64,000 nucleotides of DNA from Malacoraja senta (taxonomy: Eukaryota), in the NCBI GenBank assembly GCA_038087875.1, contig CM075988.1, positions 11,534,001 through 11,598,000 of the forward strand, given 5' to 3'. Under the pieces are notes generated by a model. The model did not search any database and was not told the DNA's origin. It saw only the letters and a program-made list of their open reading frames with translations. Position numbers and translations under genes: made by a program. Shown in pieces: positions 25,171 through 38,043 of this stretch (its first letter is position 1; each line of letters begins with the position of its first letter).

Positions 25171-25722
25171 CATAAGGTCATGTGATCGGGGTAGAATTAG
25201 GCCATTCGGCCCATCATGGCTGATCTGTCTCTCCCTCCTAACCCCATTCTCCTGCCTTCTCCCCATAACCTCTGACACCTGTACGAATCAAGAATCCATC
25301 TATCTCTGCCTTAAAAATATCCACTGACGGCCTTCTGTTTCAAAGAATTCCACAGATACACCACCCTCTGACTATAGACATTTCTCCTCATCTTCTTCCT
25401 AAAAGAGTGTCCTTTAATTCTGTGGCTATGACCTCTAGTCCTAGACTCTCCCACTAGTGGAAACATCTTCTCCACATCCACTCTCTCCAAGCCTTTCACT
25501 ATTCTGTATGTTTCAATGAGGTCCCCCCTCATTCTTCGAAACTCCAGCAAGCACAGGCCAAGTGCCGACAAACGCTCATCATCGACAAATACTCATTCCT
25601 GGGATCATTCTTGTAAACCTCCTCAGGACCCTCTCCAGAGCCAGCACATCCTTCCTCAGTTATGGTGCCCAACATCATTCACAATATTCCAAATGTGGCC
25701 ATACCATGACCTTATAGAGCCT
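25170..25722 (-). mobile_element. CR1 ORF2 3' fragment
   Basis: ORF 25311-25571: LEFRRMRGDLIETYRIVKGLERVD..SRTRGH..SQRVVYLWNSL. Confidence 0.9.
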
Positions 25723-25748
25723 CAATTCGTACCTCTTCTATCCTTATC

Positions 25749-26066
25749 GCACGGTGACGCAGCTGTGGAGTTGGTGCCTTACCGTGCTTGCAGTGCCAGG
25801 ACCTAGGTTTGATCCCAACTACAGGTGCTACCTATACAGAGTTTGTATGTTGTCCACGTGATCGCGTGGGTTTTCTCCGAGATCTTCAGTTTCCTCCCAC
25901 GCTCCAAAGATGTACAGGTTTGAAGGCTAATTGGCTTGGTAGAAGTGTAACTTCTCCCTAGTGTGAGTCGGATAGTGTTAATGTGCAGTGATCACTGGGC
26001 CGTGCGGACTCAGTGGGCCGATGGGCCTATTTTCGCCCTGTATCTCTAAACTAAACTAAACTAAAT
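25749..26066 (+). mobile_element. V-SINE, full length
   Basis: tRNA head, V domain, CR1-like tail ending (CTAAA)3. Confidence 0.85.
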
Positions 26067-26302
26067 CTCACACATTTGTCTTTTTATCTCTGGCCTTTGT
26101 TCAACCATCTGCCTTTCAAAAGCCCCCCTCGCCTATCACTTGCCAGACCTTGTCCTTTCCCTCCACTCTTCCAGCTTTCGCCTCCACCTCTCCCAACCAC
26201 AAATAACCTGAAGAAGGGTCCCATCTCGAAACGTCACCTGTCCATGTTCTCCAGAGATGCTGTCTGACTTGCTGAGTTATTCCAGTATCCTTGTGTCTAT
26301 GT
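26067..26302 (+). mobile_element. Penelope 3' UTR and terminal repeat; probably the continuation of the 24742 element
   Basis: C/T-rich UTR then CTGAAGA-A-GGGTC-CC-ATCTC-GAAAC-GTC-ACC (26208-26238). Confidence 0.7.
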
Positions 26303-27569
26303 TAGACATTGATTACAAGATTCAAAATCATCTTTCCAATTTGCAACTTTTTTAATTTGTCCAATTATTTGGGGAGAGTAACATATTGAGTTAGAAATCT
26401 AGCTTAGAATAATCAGAGTGTGTATTCACTTTGACTAATCTTTTGGTCACCCATTCTAATAATCTCTTTCTTAAGCAATTTCAGTCTGATTAAGCTTCTG
26501 TGTTCGACCACATTAATGTTGTTATATAAGTTCTTACAATATTTGGCAACATTTGATAACTTCTGGCATTTCACAGATGAATTATGAAATCTATTTTTTC
26601 CAATTATTTTTCTTTTTGCAAGGCGATATTATTTTTCCAACTGTGAAAAGATATCTCAATTAGGTGTCGAGAGAAATGGTTAAAATTCCGTCCAATAATG
26701 ATTCCAACCTTAGAACAGAACTCACCTTTCCACAAGCGATATTTACATTTCTGCTTTCCCGTCATGGCTGTTTCAGGAGCTGAGTTGAAGCGAGACTGAC
26801 AATTTGGTGCCAATTTATGCTGCAGTATTGGTAGTTTTAGACATTCCACCTACACCCCTGGGAATTGGGCTCAATCTGTATTCAGATTCCTGTCACCAAT
26901 ATTCTGACCAATTGATTGACAAATATTAGGATGACCTGTGGTCCCATAAGTGATTTTATTAACCTTGTACTGAATGATAAATCTGACTTCATTTTAAATG
27001 GCAAAAATGGAAATGTTTGAATGATTTTTCTTTGCGGTTGTTGAGTCGATTATGGAATTATAATTTGGGATTGAATCATTAGTACGAGAATGCAACTAAT
27101 CTGTAGATTTTACTCTCATCTTGATCTATCGTACAGATTTGCACATGGCAATACAAACTTAATTCTTCTTTCTTACAAATACGTAAACAGCATCTGATTT
27201 ATTTCACCATCAACAAATTGTTGTACAAGTTTATAGATGATTCACATTCAAAAGGATGACGTTTGAAAACCTCCCATTTTCGTTTGTTTATATTCAAGTT
27301 GCGATAATGTGCTAAAAGTCATCAGCTCAAAATCATACAACTAACTTCAAAATGAAGCAGCTCCTTAGGAGTTCCTCATTTGTATCCTGTTTTGTTACGT
27401 AGTACAATTTCATACCGATGCAACTCCTTATTGCCAGAATTTCATTTAAAAATGGCAAAGGGGCTCATATGAATAGAGCCAAGTGGCATCAATTAGATCC
27501 TGATCGATTCCTATCAATCACCACTTGATTGACGCCAATACTTGCTCTTGTCCATCAAGCACATCGGAG

Positions 27570-28545
27570 AACATAGAACAGTACAGTTCGGCAATGAGCC
27601 CTTGGGTCCACAATGTGCGTGCCAAACATGATGCCAATGCCAAACTGATTGCATCTCCCTATACATGATCCATAAAGCCCCTGTCCCACTTAGGAGACCT
27701 AAACAGCAACCTCTGGTGACCTTGCCCACCACCCCAAAATAAATCAAGGTCGAGGTGACCTGCAACCTCCTACCATCTCCCACGGATATATTGAAAACCT
27801 TCCTCGACTATGAAGAAAACCGGCTTCGACTAGACGTTCGACTAAAAAATTATTGATTTTTAAAACGGCAACCTATTTTTAGTCGAGGCCGGTTTTAATC
27901 ATGATGAAAAAATAGCAGCAACCTAGATGAAGCCTTGACCATGCGGAAACCACTTTCGACCATTAGGGAGAGTGACCAATAAGCTCCGGTGACCTCGTGA
28001 AAACCTTGGGTAGCGGGCAAGGTCACCAGAGGTTGCTGTTTAGGTCTCCTAAGTGGGACAGGGGTTTAACTCTCTACTCCCTGCACTTGAATGTCCCTAT
28101 CTAAAAGCCTCTTAAACACTGCTATCGCCTCTGCCTCTTCCTGGCAATGTGTTCCAGGCCCCTACTACTCTGTGTAAAAAAACCTGTGCCACATATCTCC
28201 ATTAAACTATATCCATCTCACATTATTGCTATGCCCTCTAGTGTAAGACATTTCCACCCTGGGCAAAAAGGTTTAGACTGTCTACCTTATCTATGCCTCT
28301 CAGAATTTTATATACTTCAATCAAGTCTCCCCTGAATTGACATTCCAGAGGAAACAATCCAGGTCAATCCAACCTATCCCCTATAGCTGAATCGCTCTAA
28401 TCCAGGCAGCATTCTAGTAAACCTCTTCTGCAACTTTCTAAAGCCTCCACATCTTTTCTGTAATGGGGCAACCAGAAATACATGCTATAGACCAAATGTG
28501 GCCAAACTAAAGTCCTATATAGTTGCATCATGACTTCCTGACTAT
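27570..28545 (-). mobile_element. CR1 3' fragment split by a MITE
   Basis: Tail at 27570-27675 continues at 28070 (TCTCTACTCCCTGCAC...CTGGCAATGTGTTCCAGGC...TCTGTAATGGGGCAACCAGAA). Confidence 0.8.
27676..28066. mobile_element. PIF/Harbinger-type MITE, 391 bp, TAA target-site duplication
   Basis: 52-bp TIR AGCCCCTGTCCCACTTAGGAGACC...GACCTTGCCC with one mismatch; TAA at 27673-27675 and 28067-28069. Confidence 0.9.
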
Positions 28546-28569
28546 TTACACCAAGTTATGTAATGCTAT

Positions 28570-28750
28570 GTTTAGTTTAGTTTAGTTTATTTCATGTGTA
28601 CCGAGGTACAGTGAAAAGCTTTTGTTGCATGCTATCCTGTCAACAGAAAGACAAAACATGATTACAATTGAGCCATAGATCTAATAACATTTAGTGCAAG
28701 GTAAAGTCAGCAAAGTCCGATCGAGGGATTGCTCTCTGGTTGTGGTAGGT
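28570..28750 (-). mobile_element. Rex1/Babar-like 3' tail
   Basis: (GTTTA)n then TGTACCGAGGTACAGTGAAAAGCTTTTGTTGCATG, the reverse of the 21340-21390 tail. Confidence 0.65.
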
Positions 28751-30354
28751 TCTGGAGATGTTTCTTGGTGATCATGAGTAGGTTTACTACTGAATTAGAT
28801 CTGAATGTTACTGCAGCCATTGCTGTAGACTCTGAACTCATACAATCATTGCATTGCTACTTATCATCCTGAGCCATAGCTGCAGGTTTAGTGGGAAGCA
28901 GCATCAGGTGATCTGCCTCTAAGTTGGTGTGCTTTACATAGCGGAATGCCAAGCACATTGGCAGCTTAATGCCCACATGTTGCAAAAAACTATCCAATTA
29001 CCCCTGGAAGATGTTGTGTTCTGCTGCCACTCATCTATTTATTGGTCAGTCAGGAACATGTTCCGCGTGATATTTTATGTCATTATTAAGATGGATAAAT
29101 CATCGACATGATGAAAACATTTGGCAAAGGTAAAAAACTGTTTGAAATAACGTTACGACATAAGGTGTAAAGACTGAAGCGAACTATTAAAAATAGATTG
29201 CAAGATATTTGTGTGAATTACTGAAGGAAAAAGTCATTCTTCTAGCCCAACAACTTGTACCTCAAGTCTTGTCACATCAATTGGGAAGTCACCTTGATAG
29301 GGTGACTTAACTATAAATTTGGCTTCTAACTATCATTTTTTTTCCCGTCTAAACCTATTATATCCAAGTTTGTTGCTTATCATTAAAGATAAACCACAGT
29401 TGGTTTGGATTGTGCAAAGAACTATTTTCCCTTTCGAGTTGCTGTCAACTAATTATGGCAAAGGTTTGTTCAGCTATTAATAGACAGGACATCCTAACCT
29501 TTTCTGAAGCACCGTGTGCAGATTGTTCTAATTTTGTGCTCTTGCCAGTCTGAGATCCATCTTAATGCAGCACCTGTGGCATCACAGACCAATTATTTTT
29601 CATCACCAGTGATCTTAGCACCCGCTTGGTTGACTTATCTCCTCCTCCCTCCTCTATTCCATCAATACAAATGGATACAAAGAATATTTGCAATTGGTTT
29701 TGCAAGCAAGGTATCAAATGCATTCAAAAGCCTCCGAACCGGCAAGATTCGAGGACAGAAGATAATTGGACCCGTAAATGAAAATGCAACTCAGGACTAA
29801 ATGAAACAAAATTCATGAACATCCTGTTTCTCTGTAAAATTTAGATTTTCTATTTCTTATTTTTAGCTAAGAAGCAACATTTCGGGCAGTTGAGCTGGTT
29901 GGAACATAGACACTTCTTCTGCAGTGCATACAGAGCAACGAGCTAATGCAATACTGTGGTGGTTCGAAGCTACTGCCAAGAGGAAGGGATAATTACAGGA
30001 TTTACATTGACAGCTTGTAAATATAGTCATATGAATTATAATGGGAATACGTGACACAAAAATGTGCCGACAGGAAGAACACAAAGACGAAGGTTTTAGT
30101 TCCTAAAATAGATAATTTATATATGTTTATTTCAGTCATATGGCTTCATTCACCATTCTGGATGTACCAGCCAGGCACAGAGCTGTGTGTCATTTATGAG
30201 CTGACCTACTTTCAGCACATCATGAATCTTTGGTGCCAGTTAGCATCTTGTCAAGACTTTTAGTACATATTTTAAATTATATTAAAAATATTTAAAATTG
30301 TACTGAAAATCAGAAGTGTTAAACCTGTGCTATGCTGTAAATATATTGGAAGAA

Positions 30355-30670
30355 ACACAGTGGCATAGCTAGTAGAGCGCCATGCACCCGCGTTCGATCC
30401 TGACCCCGGGTATTGTCTGTGTGGAGTTTGCACGTTCGTACTGTGACCATGCGGGTTTCGTTCAGGTGCTCCGATTTCCTCCCACATCCCGAAGATGTGC
30501 GGGTTTGTAGGTTAATTGACCTTTGTTAAAAAATAAATTCCCCTTGATATGTTGACGGTGGATAAGAGAGTATGACAACATTGTACAAGTGTATAAAGGT
30601 GATCGGTGGTCAGCGTGGACTCAGTGGGCTAAAGGGCCGTTTTCCATGCTGTATCTCTCAAAACAAACTT
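30355..30670 (+). mobile_element. V-SINE
   Basis: TGGCATAGCTAG A box, GTTCGATCC B box, V domain, CR1-like tail. Confidence 0.85.
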
Positions 30671-31036
30671 TAAAAAAAATATGCTTGGGTACATTACATG
30701 AAGGGGTAGAGGACCTTATTGCTCCAGGTCAGGGGGGACAATAAAAGTCCAAGACTACACTACATGCCATCTTATTAATGGCATGCAACCGTTTGGTGAG
30801 CGGTCATGTGCTTGCCTTTCTTCTGGGCTTCGATGGATGACGACATCATGAATAAGATATTCAATATTAACTTGGCATCACGTTCAGCACGGACATCCTG
30901 GGCCAAAGGGCCTGTTCCTCAGCTGTACTGTTCGATGTTCTATGTTGAATGGAGAATGATGAGTCATTCCAATATGCTTTGGAGTGACTAGTCCACTCAA
31001 ATATCATCCTTGCAAAGTACATTTGAAGATATACAC

Positions 31037-31076
31037 CAGTCTGAAGAAGGGTCTCAACCCGAAACATCACCCATTC
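31037..31076 (+). ncRNA. Isolated minimal hammerhead-like motif (Penelope-derived)
   Basis: CAGT-CTGAAGA-A-GGGT-CTCA-ACCC-GAAAC-ATC-ACCC. Confidence 0.5.
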
Positions 31077-32481
31077 TGCTGCAACAAATGTGTTGCTGGA
31101 AAGATAAGATTGGCAATCCATGACCCCTCTTTACCCAAGTTCCACCTTCCTCCCCAGCAGGCAGGTATGGAAAGCTATAAGTGTCCCCATAGTCTTAATG
31201 CTGAAATCCAATTTGTTTAAGATCCTGTGCAGAGCAGGTTACAACAAACATGGACAGACCAGTTTGTGATATAGTTGGCTATATTAATTGATCTTAATGG
31301 CTTATGCATAACTAATTGTCACAGTTAACATTAGGCTTTTTTTATTGCCTGTTAACTACCCAAAAAAATCACAATGCCATATCATTGACATATCTCCTTG
31401 TAAATCATTAACCAATGCAATAAAGAAACAGTGCAGTAAATAACTGCAACACTTGGTGCAAGATATGTCTAGTGGATAATAAATTGAAAAAAAAATGCCT
31501 TCATGATGATGAAGACTTTGACTCTATCAAATGTGTCAGAAGGAACAGCAGATGCTAGTTTAAACCGAAGAAAGACTCAAAAAGCCAGAGTTACATCACC
31601 CTTTTAAGTTACCAAAACGTCACCCATTCCTTCTCTCCAGTGATGCAGTGTGTGTGTTTTTGAGTCTATCTTCGCCTCCACCAAATGCCTTGACACTGCT
31701 TGAGGCCGAGAATGTCTCTGAAATACACAGTGACACTTGGCCACTTTACTTTTTCCCCACAATGTGAATACAGGAGATACCAAGCACATTACATGAACAG
31801 GGAAAGAAGGTTCATTGTTAATTTCAAACCCAACAAGCTACTACTTTGTTGGCGATCTCCTGGGATGAATAGCGTTCTTTGATGAACTAACAATAGTGCA
31901 CTAAAATGGTTCCTTAAGTCCTGCTGTGCTTCCATTCAGAGGTGAAGTTACTCTTTGAGCTTTTGCTGACACCTTTCTTTTGCTTTGCAAGTCAAATGAG
32001 CGGTGCTGGAAACATTATGATTTATGGCATAATGACTGAAAGCGTGTAGAGTGGAGAGATCAATTAAATCCTTAACCCGACAGCTTCTCTGTGTTGACCC
32101 CACTTCCTTATTTAGGACACATTCTGAGCAGCGGAGCCATACCATGCACCTCCAGCTGTTGAAATGTAATCTGTATTTATTAATTTTTCAAGATTGACAT
32201 TAGTGTCGCTGAAAACATTTTAATTAACATTCACAAGTTGCTGCACCATAATTTCCATTGCATTAGGCCTTCATGGAAGGAAAAACAAATTTTAATTGCA
32301 AGCTGAAATGCTTTTCAAATTCTATTGACATCAATATAAATCCAACAAATATGAAATTGCACAAATTATGTAATAAGTTCACGTTATTTACATCTGTAGT
32401 CATGCACAAAATGTACCGCTCACTCTAACTGTCCCCTGATCCGATTAATTGATTGGCTTTTGAAGCTATTTCAGAGGGTGG

Positions 32482-32905
32482 TCATAAGATGATAAGTTAT
32501 AGGAGCAGACTAAGGCCATTCAGCCCATCAAGTCTACCCAGCCATTCAATCATGGCTGATTTATCGTTCACTCTCAACCGCATTTTCCTGCCTTCTCCCC
32601 ATAACCCCTGACACCCGTACTAATCAAGAATCTATCTATCTCTGCCTTTAAAAATATCCATTGACTTGGCCTCCACAGCCTTTGGTGGCAATGAATTCCA
32701 CAGATTCACCACCCTTTGACTAAAGAAATTCCTCCTCATCTCCTTTCTAAAAGTAGGTCAAGAGGCTTTTGGATAGGCACGTGGATACACAAGGAATGGA
32801 GTAATATGGATCACGTGTTGGCAAATGAGATTAGTTTATCTGGCATCATGCTCAGCACAGACATTGTGGTGGAAGTCTATTCTTGTGCTGTTCTGTTCTA
32901 TATTT
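32482..32905. mobile_element. Two abutting CR1 3' fragments (minus 32482-32750, plus 32760-32905)
   Basis: Tail sequences match 13565-13820 and 35930-36065 respectively. Confidence 0.75.
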
Positions 32906-33679
32906 TGCGAGTCGACCACCTTGCATTGGGTATGGAGTTGTTTTAAGTCAGCTTGGATACAAATGGCACAATTTTTTACTTGAAGACCACTGGGTGTTCA
33001 GATGAGTTTTTACAACAATTTCCTAGTCACTATTGCTGGTGCTAGCTTTTTAATAACATATTTAATTGACTAACCTCAATTGAAATTTTGCTCCTGCTAT
33101 GGTCAATAGTTGAGGTTTGTGAAGAATCACCCGGTTTCATTACCATTATATTATTGCATGGCTAAATCCTTGTATATAACCACGTGCTTCCTCAAAATGT
33201 CATCATAGTTGTGATGTGAAATTTCAGTGCATTTGACTCACAACAAACAGAAATATATATGTGTCCTTTCAGACCCCAATACTATTTGCTCTATCTTATT
33301 GCATTGACACATATGCAAGTCAATTTTTATTGGTTTTCTCTGATTTTATTTGCTTCTGACCTTCAGTAGGGATCAATAAAAATATTAACATCCAAATAAA
33401 AGAGAAGGTGGATTTCTGGAAACCTATATTAGCTGACATGTTATAAGGACATTGGATTTAGATATCCTGATATCCAGATCTCTGTGTATGTTTGAAGAAT
33501 ACACAGAATTCAGTTCTTCCAAATTCTGAATTCTGAAGCCTCTGATGGGTGTCAGGAGTTATGGGGAGAAGGCAGGAGATTGGGGTTATGAGAGAGAGAT
33601 AGAACAGCCATAATTGATTGACCATGTAGTCTTAATGGGCTGAATGGCCTAATTCTGCTCCCATTATGAACTGTCTGTG

Positions 33680-33900
33680 CTCATTTTCACCTAGGCCACA
33701 GCTAACAATGGCCTGTTTCATTGATCACCATTACTTTTTTTGCATATCTTTCATTCATTTGTTCTATATCTCTCTACATCACCGTCTATATCTCTTGTTT
33801 CCCTTTCCCCTGGCTCAGTCTGAAGAAGGGTCTCGATCCGAAATGTCACTTATTCTCCAGGGATGCTGTCTGACCTGCTGAGTTACTCCAGCTATTTGTG
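33680..33900 (+). mobile_element. Penelope 3' UTR and terminal repeat with the best-preserved hammerhead motif (33817-33850)
   Basis: AGT-CTGAAGA-A-GGGTC-TC-GATCC-GAAA-TG-TC-ACT: CUGANGA, GAAA and UH intact, stem I 3 bp, stem II 5 bp with one G-U. Confidence 0.75.
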
Positions 33901-34319
33901 ACTGAATCTAATTGTTCATGCGACCTCCTCTCTGCAATCTGCTCTAGCCCTATAACAAGGGAGAATAGATGACAGAGAAAATCAATGGGGAATAGGATCG
34001 TTCTGTATGCTGGTGGGCCAAAACTGGCTCCTTTGTCAAAAGGAAATAAGCAAAATTATACAGAAATATTATTGTGTATCTACATTGATGAATTATGGCT
34101 TGTGGGTTGGTTGTTTGATATTAATCAATTCATCATGCTGTCATGTCCATGCAATTCCTGTCTTAAAACCTTCCACCACTCTACCTTAAATTCTTGAGTA
34201 AAAGTTATTTTATTATATATCATATATATTGTCACATTTTATGTGATATCTAAGTTGTTTCTAGTAGGATGATGCATTTATTTCAATTGTATTTGTTATG
34301 GAGTCTATGACACTTAGAA

Positions 34320-34720
34320 TAATAGAATCATACAGCACTGAAACAGGCCTTTTGGCCCAACATGCCCATGCTAACCAAGATGCCCCATCCAAGATGCCCC
34401 ATCCACACGTGTTCCACCTGCCCGTGTTTGGCTCATATTCCTCTAAACCTTTTCTATCCATGTACTTGTCCAGATATCTTATAAAAGTTGTTAGAGTACC
34501 TGCCTTAACTACCTCATATGGCATCTCATGCTGCATACTAACCACCCTCGCTGTGAAATGCTCCCCTTCTAGTTCTTGATTCCCCTACCTTGTGTAAAGG
34601 CTCTGTGTGCCTACCCTACCTAATCCTCTCATGATCTTATACACCTCCATAAGATCACACCTCACCATCCTGTGCTCCAAAGAATAAAGTTCTAGCCTGC
34701 CCAACCTCAAGTCCTGGCAA
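34320..34720 (-). mobile_element. CR1 3' fragment
   Basis: ORF 34261-34545: EMPYEVVKAGTLTTFIRYLDKYMDRKGLEEY. Confidence 0.85.
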
Positions 34721-35784
34721 ATTTGAGTTAAATTTGATCTGCACCCTGTGGCTTTCCCGGTGCCTCCGTTACTTTTCCCAGTCCTGCAGGGATAACCAAG
34801 CTGGACACTTGGTTGCTTAGGTCACCCCATGAAATAGGGCAGTCTGTTAGTGACAGCCAGCTCAGACACCATATCATGAGACCACAACCCTGAACCAGTC
34901 TGTTGGCTCCGTGACAGCTTACTGCTGCCAAAGGACACTGAGCAGATTTAAATTCCTCTCACGGTTTAAAACAGGTAAAAGGAGTTCAAATGGATTTAAA
35001 TAATCAATGTGGTTTCAAAACAAACAAGTCACATTTGCTTAAAAACACCTGAACATGCTTGGTCCTTAATAATGTAAAGTAAAGAAAACACTCTTCAGCA
35101 GAAGCAGTTAAATCAATGTTAGACTGGAGAGGAGGAGGAACTTCTACGTCCGCAGGGTGGAATTCATGTCCGCACTGTGGAATTCATTACCATGGATGGT
35201 GGTGGGGCCCAAGTCATTGGGTATTTTTTAAATGGAAATTGATAGGTTCTAGATTAGTAAGGACATCAAGGGCCGAATGGCCTACTCCTGCACCTAATTT
35301 CTATGTATCAAAGATTGTGGGATGAAGACAGGAAAATGGGGTTGAGAGGGAAAGATAGGTCAGCCATGATCAAATGGCAGAGCAGACTCGATGGGCCGAA
35401 TGGCCTAATTCTGCTCCTAAGTCTTATGGTCTTATGATTGTTGGCAATCCCATTCAAATAAAGGCAGATGCGCCACATATGCCACCTATTCCTGGCTTAA
35501 AGCTAAAAGCCATCTGCCCTTCCACCCACCTTTGTCGGAGGTCAGATGTGCCAGATTCTGAATTTCCACTCATCTCTGACTTCAGCATGGCAACCTGCTG
35601 TTAGACATGAAAGTTAGACATGAACTAACCTTGAAGCGGAATTCACTGGCCTTTCTCCATGGAAACACAAGGTCAAATTAAGTACAGATATGGCCAGCAT
35701 GATATCTGTTCATAATTTATTAATTGGTAACATTCATACATATCCTGAAACCTACTACCATTTAAGTTTTCATTGAATAGCTAT

Positions 35785-36065
35785 TAAGGCATAGATTTAA
35801 GGAGAGAGGGGGGAAGTTTAAAGGTGACGTAAAGTTTTGTTATACAGAGAGTGGTGGGTGCCTGGAACATGCTGCCAAAGTTTTGTTATACAGAGAGTGG
35901 TGGTGGTGGAGGCAGATATGAGAATGGCATTTAAGAGGCATTCACATAGGCAGATGAATATGTAGGGAATGGAGGGATATGGATTACACACAGGCAGAAG
36001 TGACTTGTTTAATTTGGCATCATGTTCGAAGGGCCTGTTCCTGTGCTATACTGTTCTATGTTCTA
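35785..36065 (+). mobile_element. CR1 3' fragment with an internal 27-bp duplication
   Basis: AAAGTTTTGTTATACAGAGAGTGGTGG at 35831 and 35877; tail TGTTCTATGTTCTA. Confidence 0.8.
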
Positions 36066-36074
36066 GAAAACAAT

Positions 36075-36375
36075 TTAGTTTAGCTTAGTTTAGTTTACAG
36101 ATACAGCGCAGAAATAGGCCATTCTGCCCACCAAGTCCATGTCAACCAGCAATCACCCATACTCCAGTTCTATCCCTCACACTAGGGACATCTTACACAA
36201 GCCAATGAACCTACAAACCTGCACTTCTTTACATTGTAGGAGGAAACCAGAACACCCAGAGGAAACCCATGCAGTCACAGGGAGAATGTAAAAACTCCGT
36301 ACAGGCAGCACCCATAGTCAGATTCGAACCCGGGCCTCTGGCGCTGTGAGGCAGCAACTCTACTGCTGTGCCACA
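36075..36375 (-). mobile_element. V-SINE
   Basis: (TTTAG)n tail, reverse V domain, GATTCGAACCC reverse B box. Confidence 0.85.
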
Positions 36376-37049
36376 GTTGAAACTCGTTGGCTCTTTGGTT
36401 ATTGGTTAACTGAACATGTTTGTCCTTGATATTGCACCTAGTTTTCAAAAGAACCCCATTTACACTCTGTTTCATTCTTGCTCAGTTTAAGAAATTCCTC
36501 AGTCCTTATGTATTGGTTTTAAAATTCAGATAATTGCTATATCTAACAAAGGCCTTGCTTTATTGAATATCAATGATCTCCTGCTCTATAGCAACATTAG
36601 CCTGCCACTTCACTTCTCAAATAATCACTTTGCCCCTTGCTGTCACTACTCCACCGTTAATAGGTATTGAATTCGCCACCACCATCCTGTTTTCTGAAAT
36701 CATTTGCACAATGATCTTTGTGTGTTATTTCTATCTGCTGTGACATGTCTCTGGGGAAGAGTGGGTACCAACTTGACTTTTTGCTTCTAGTCACTAGCAA
36801 CCAATCCTCACCAGAAATTGCGTGTCAGGGAATGACAGGGTAGGCCTTGACTGCGAATCTGTACTGATGGTGAAGAATGCATCCAGTATCACCATCTGCA
36901 CCCTGATAACAAATAGCACTGCTATGTGGTGCCAGCACATAAGGAGTGAGTCCTGTCCCAAAGTTCCCAAGAATCTTCATAAAAATGGACTAAAGTTAAG
37001 AAATAACAGACGGGAGGCAAAGTGTGGAAGCAGCTGTGAACAGCTTTGA

Positions 37050-37357
37050 GTGGCACATCGGTGCAGTTGCAGAGTTGTTGCCTTATAGCGCTTACAGCAT
37101 CAGAGACCTGGGTTTGATCCTAGCTATGGATGCATGTCTGTATGGTGTTTGTACGTTCACGCAGCGACCTGCATGGGTTTTCTCAGAGAACTGCAGTTTC
37201 CTCCCACATTCAGGTTTGTAGGTTAATTGGCTTGGTATAAATGTAAAAAATCTCCCGTGTGTAGGACAGTGTTGATGTGCGGGGATCGCTGGCCAGTCAA
37301 ACTCGGTGGGCCGAAGGGCCTGTTTCCGTACTGTATCTCTCAGCTAAACTAAACAAA
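37050..37357 (+). mobile_element. V-SINE
   Basis: tRNA head, V domain, GGTGGGCCGAAGGGCCTGTTTCC tail. Confidence 0.85.
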
Positions 37358-38043
37358 CGGAAAAAAATGAAAGAAAGAAAACCAACAAGGAGCCTTGAGT
37401 TCCAGCATACCCACAGAAAGGATGTCTTCCCCTCCTTAACTCAGCTGTAAATTACCAATGCATGACCTGGTCTTGCTGCATTTATTGACAACTCTATTGA
37501 TTTATCTCCTTGGTTGGGAGAGGAAAGCGTACATGTTAAGATGCCTTTTTGAAATGATAGAAATAAAAGAATAGATGATCGGAAATAAAAATAATTAACT
37601 GTTACCTATCAGTGATAAACATTGTCACGCATTGGGTAAAAATGTTCTGGAAAGCATTCAGCAATATCAGCCTTCACCTAATTGCATTCCACAAGACACA
37701 AAATCTATCGATTATCAAAAAGATTGCAGATGCTGGGAATCTAAAATAAAAACGTAATTGCTAGAAATACTCAGTCAGTCAGACCACATCTCTGGGAAGC
37801 TCTTCCCACAAATTATTGATAATATTTTCTTATTGCATAAGAGAACTATTTCAGTTCTATCTCACCTTTCTCCAAAACTATCCTTTGAATAGCAATTATA
37901 CATTGTGTTGACAAAACTGTCCAATGCTATTGCACATGCCAGCAAAGTGCTTTGTTAGCAAATGAAGATTACAATGGTGACTTGTAGGTGGTGATTTTCT
38001 TTTCTTTCTGGAATGAAACAAGTCAAAACATCTTTGCAGAAAT

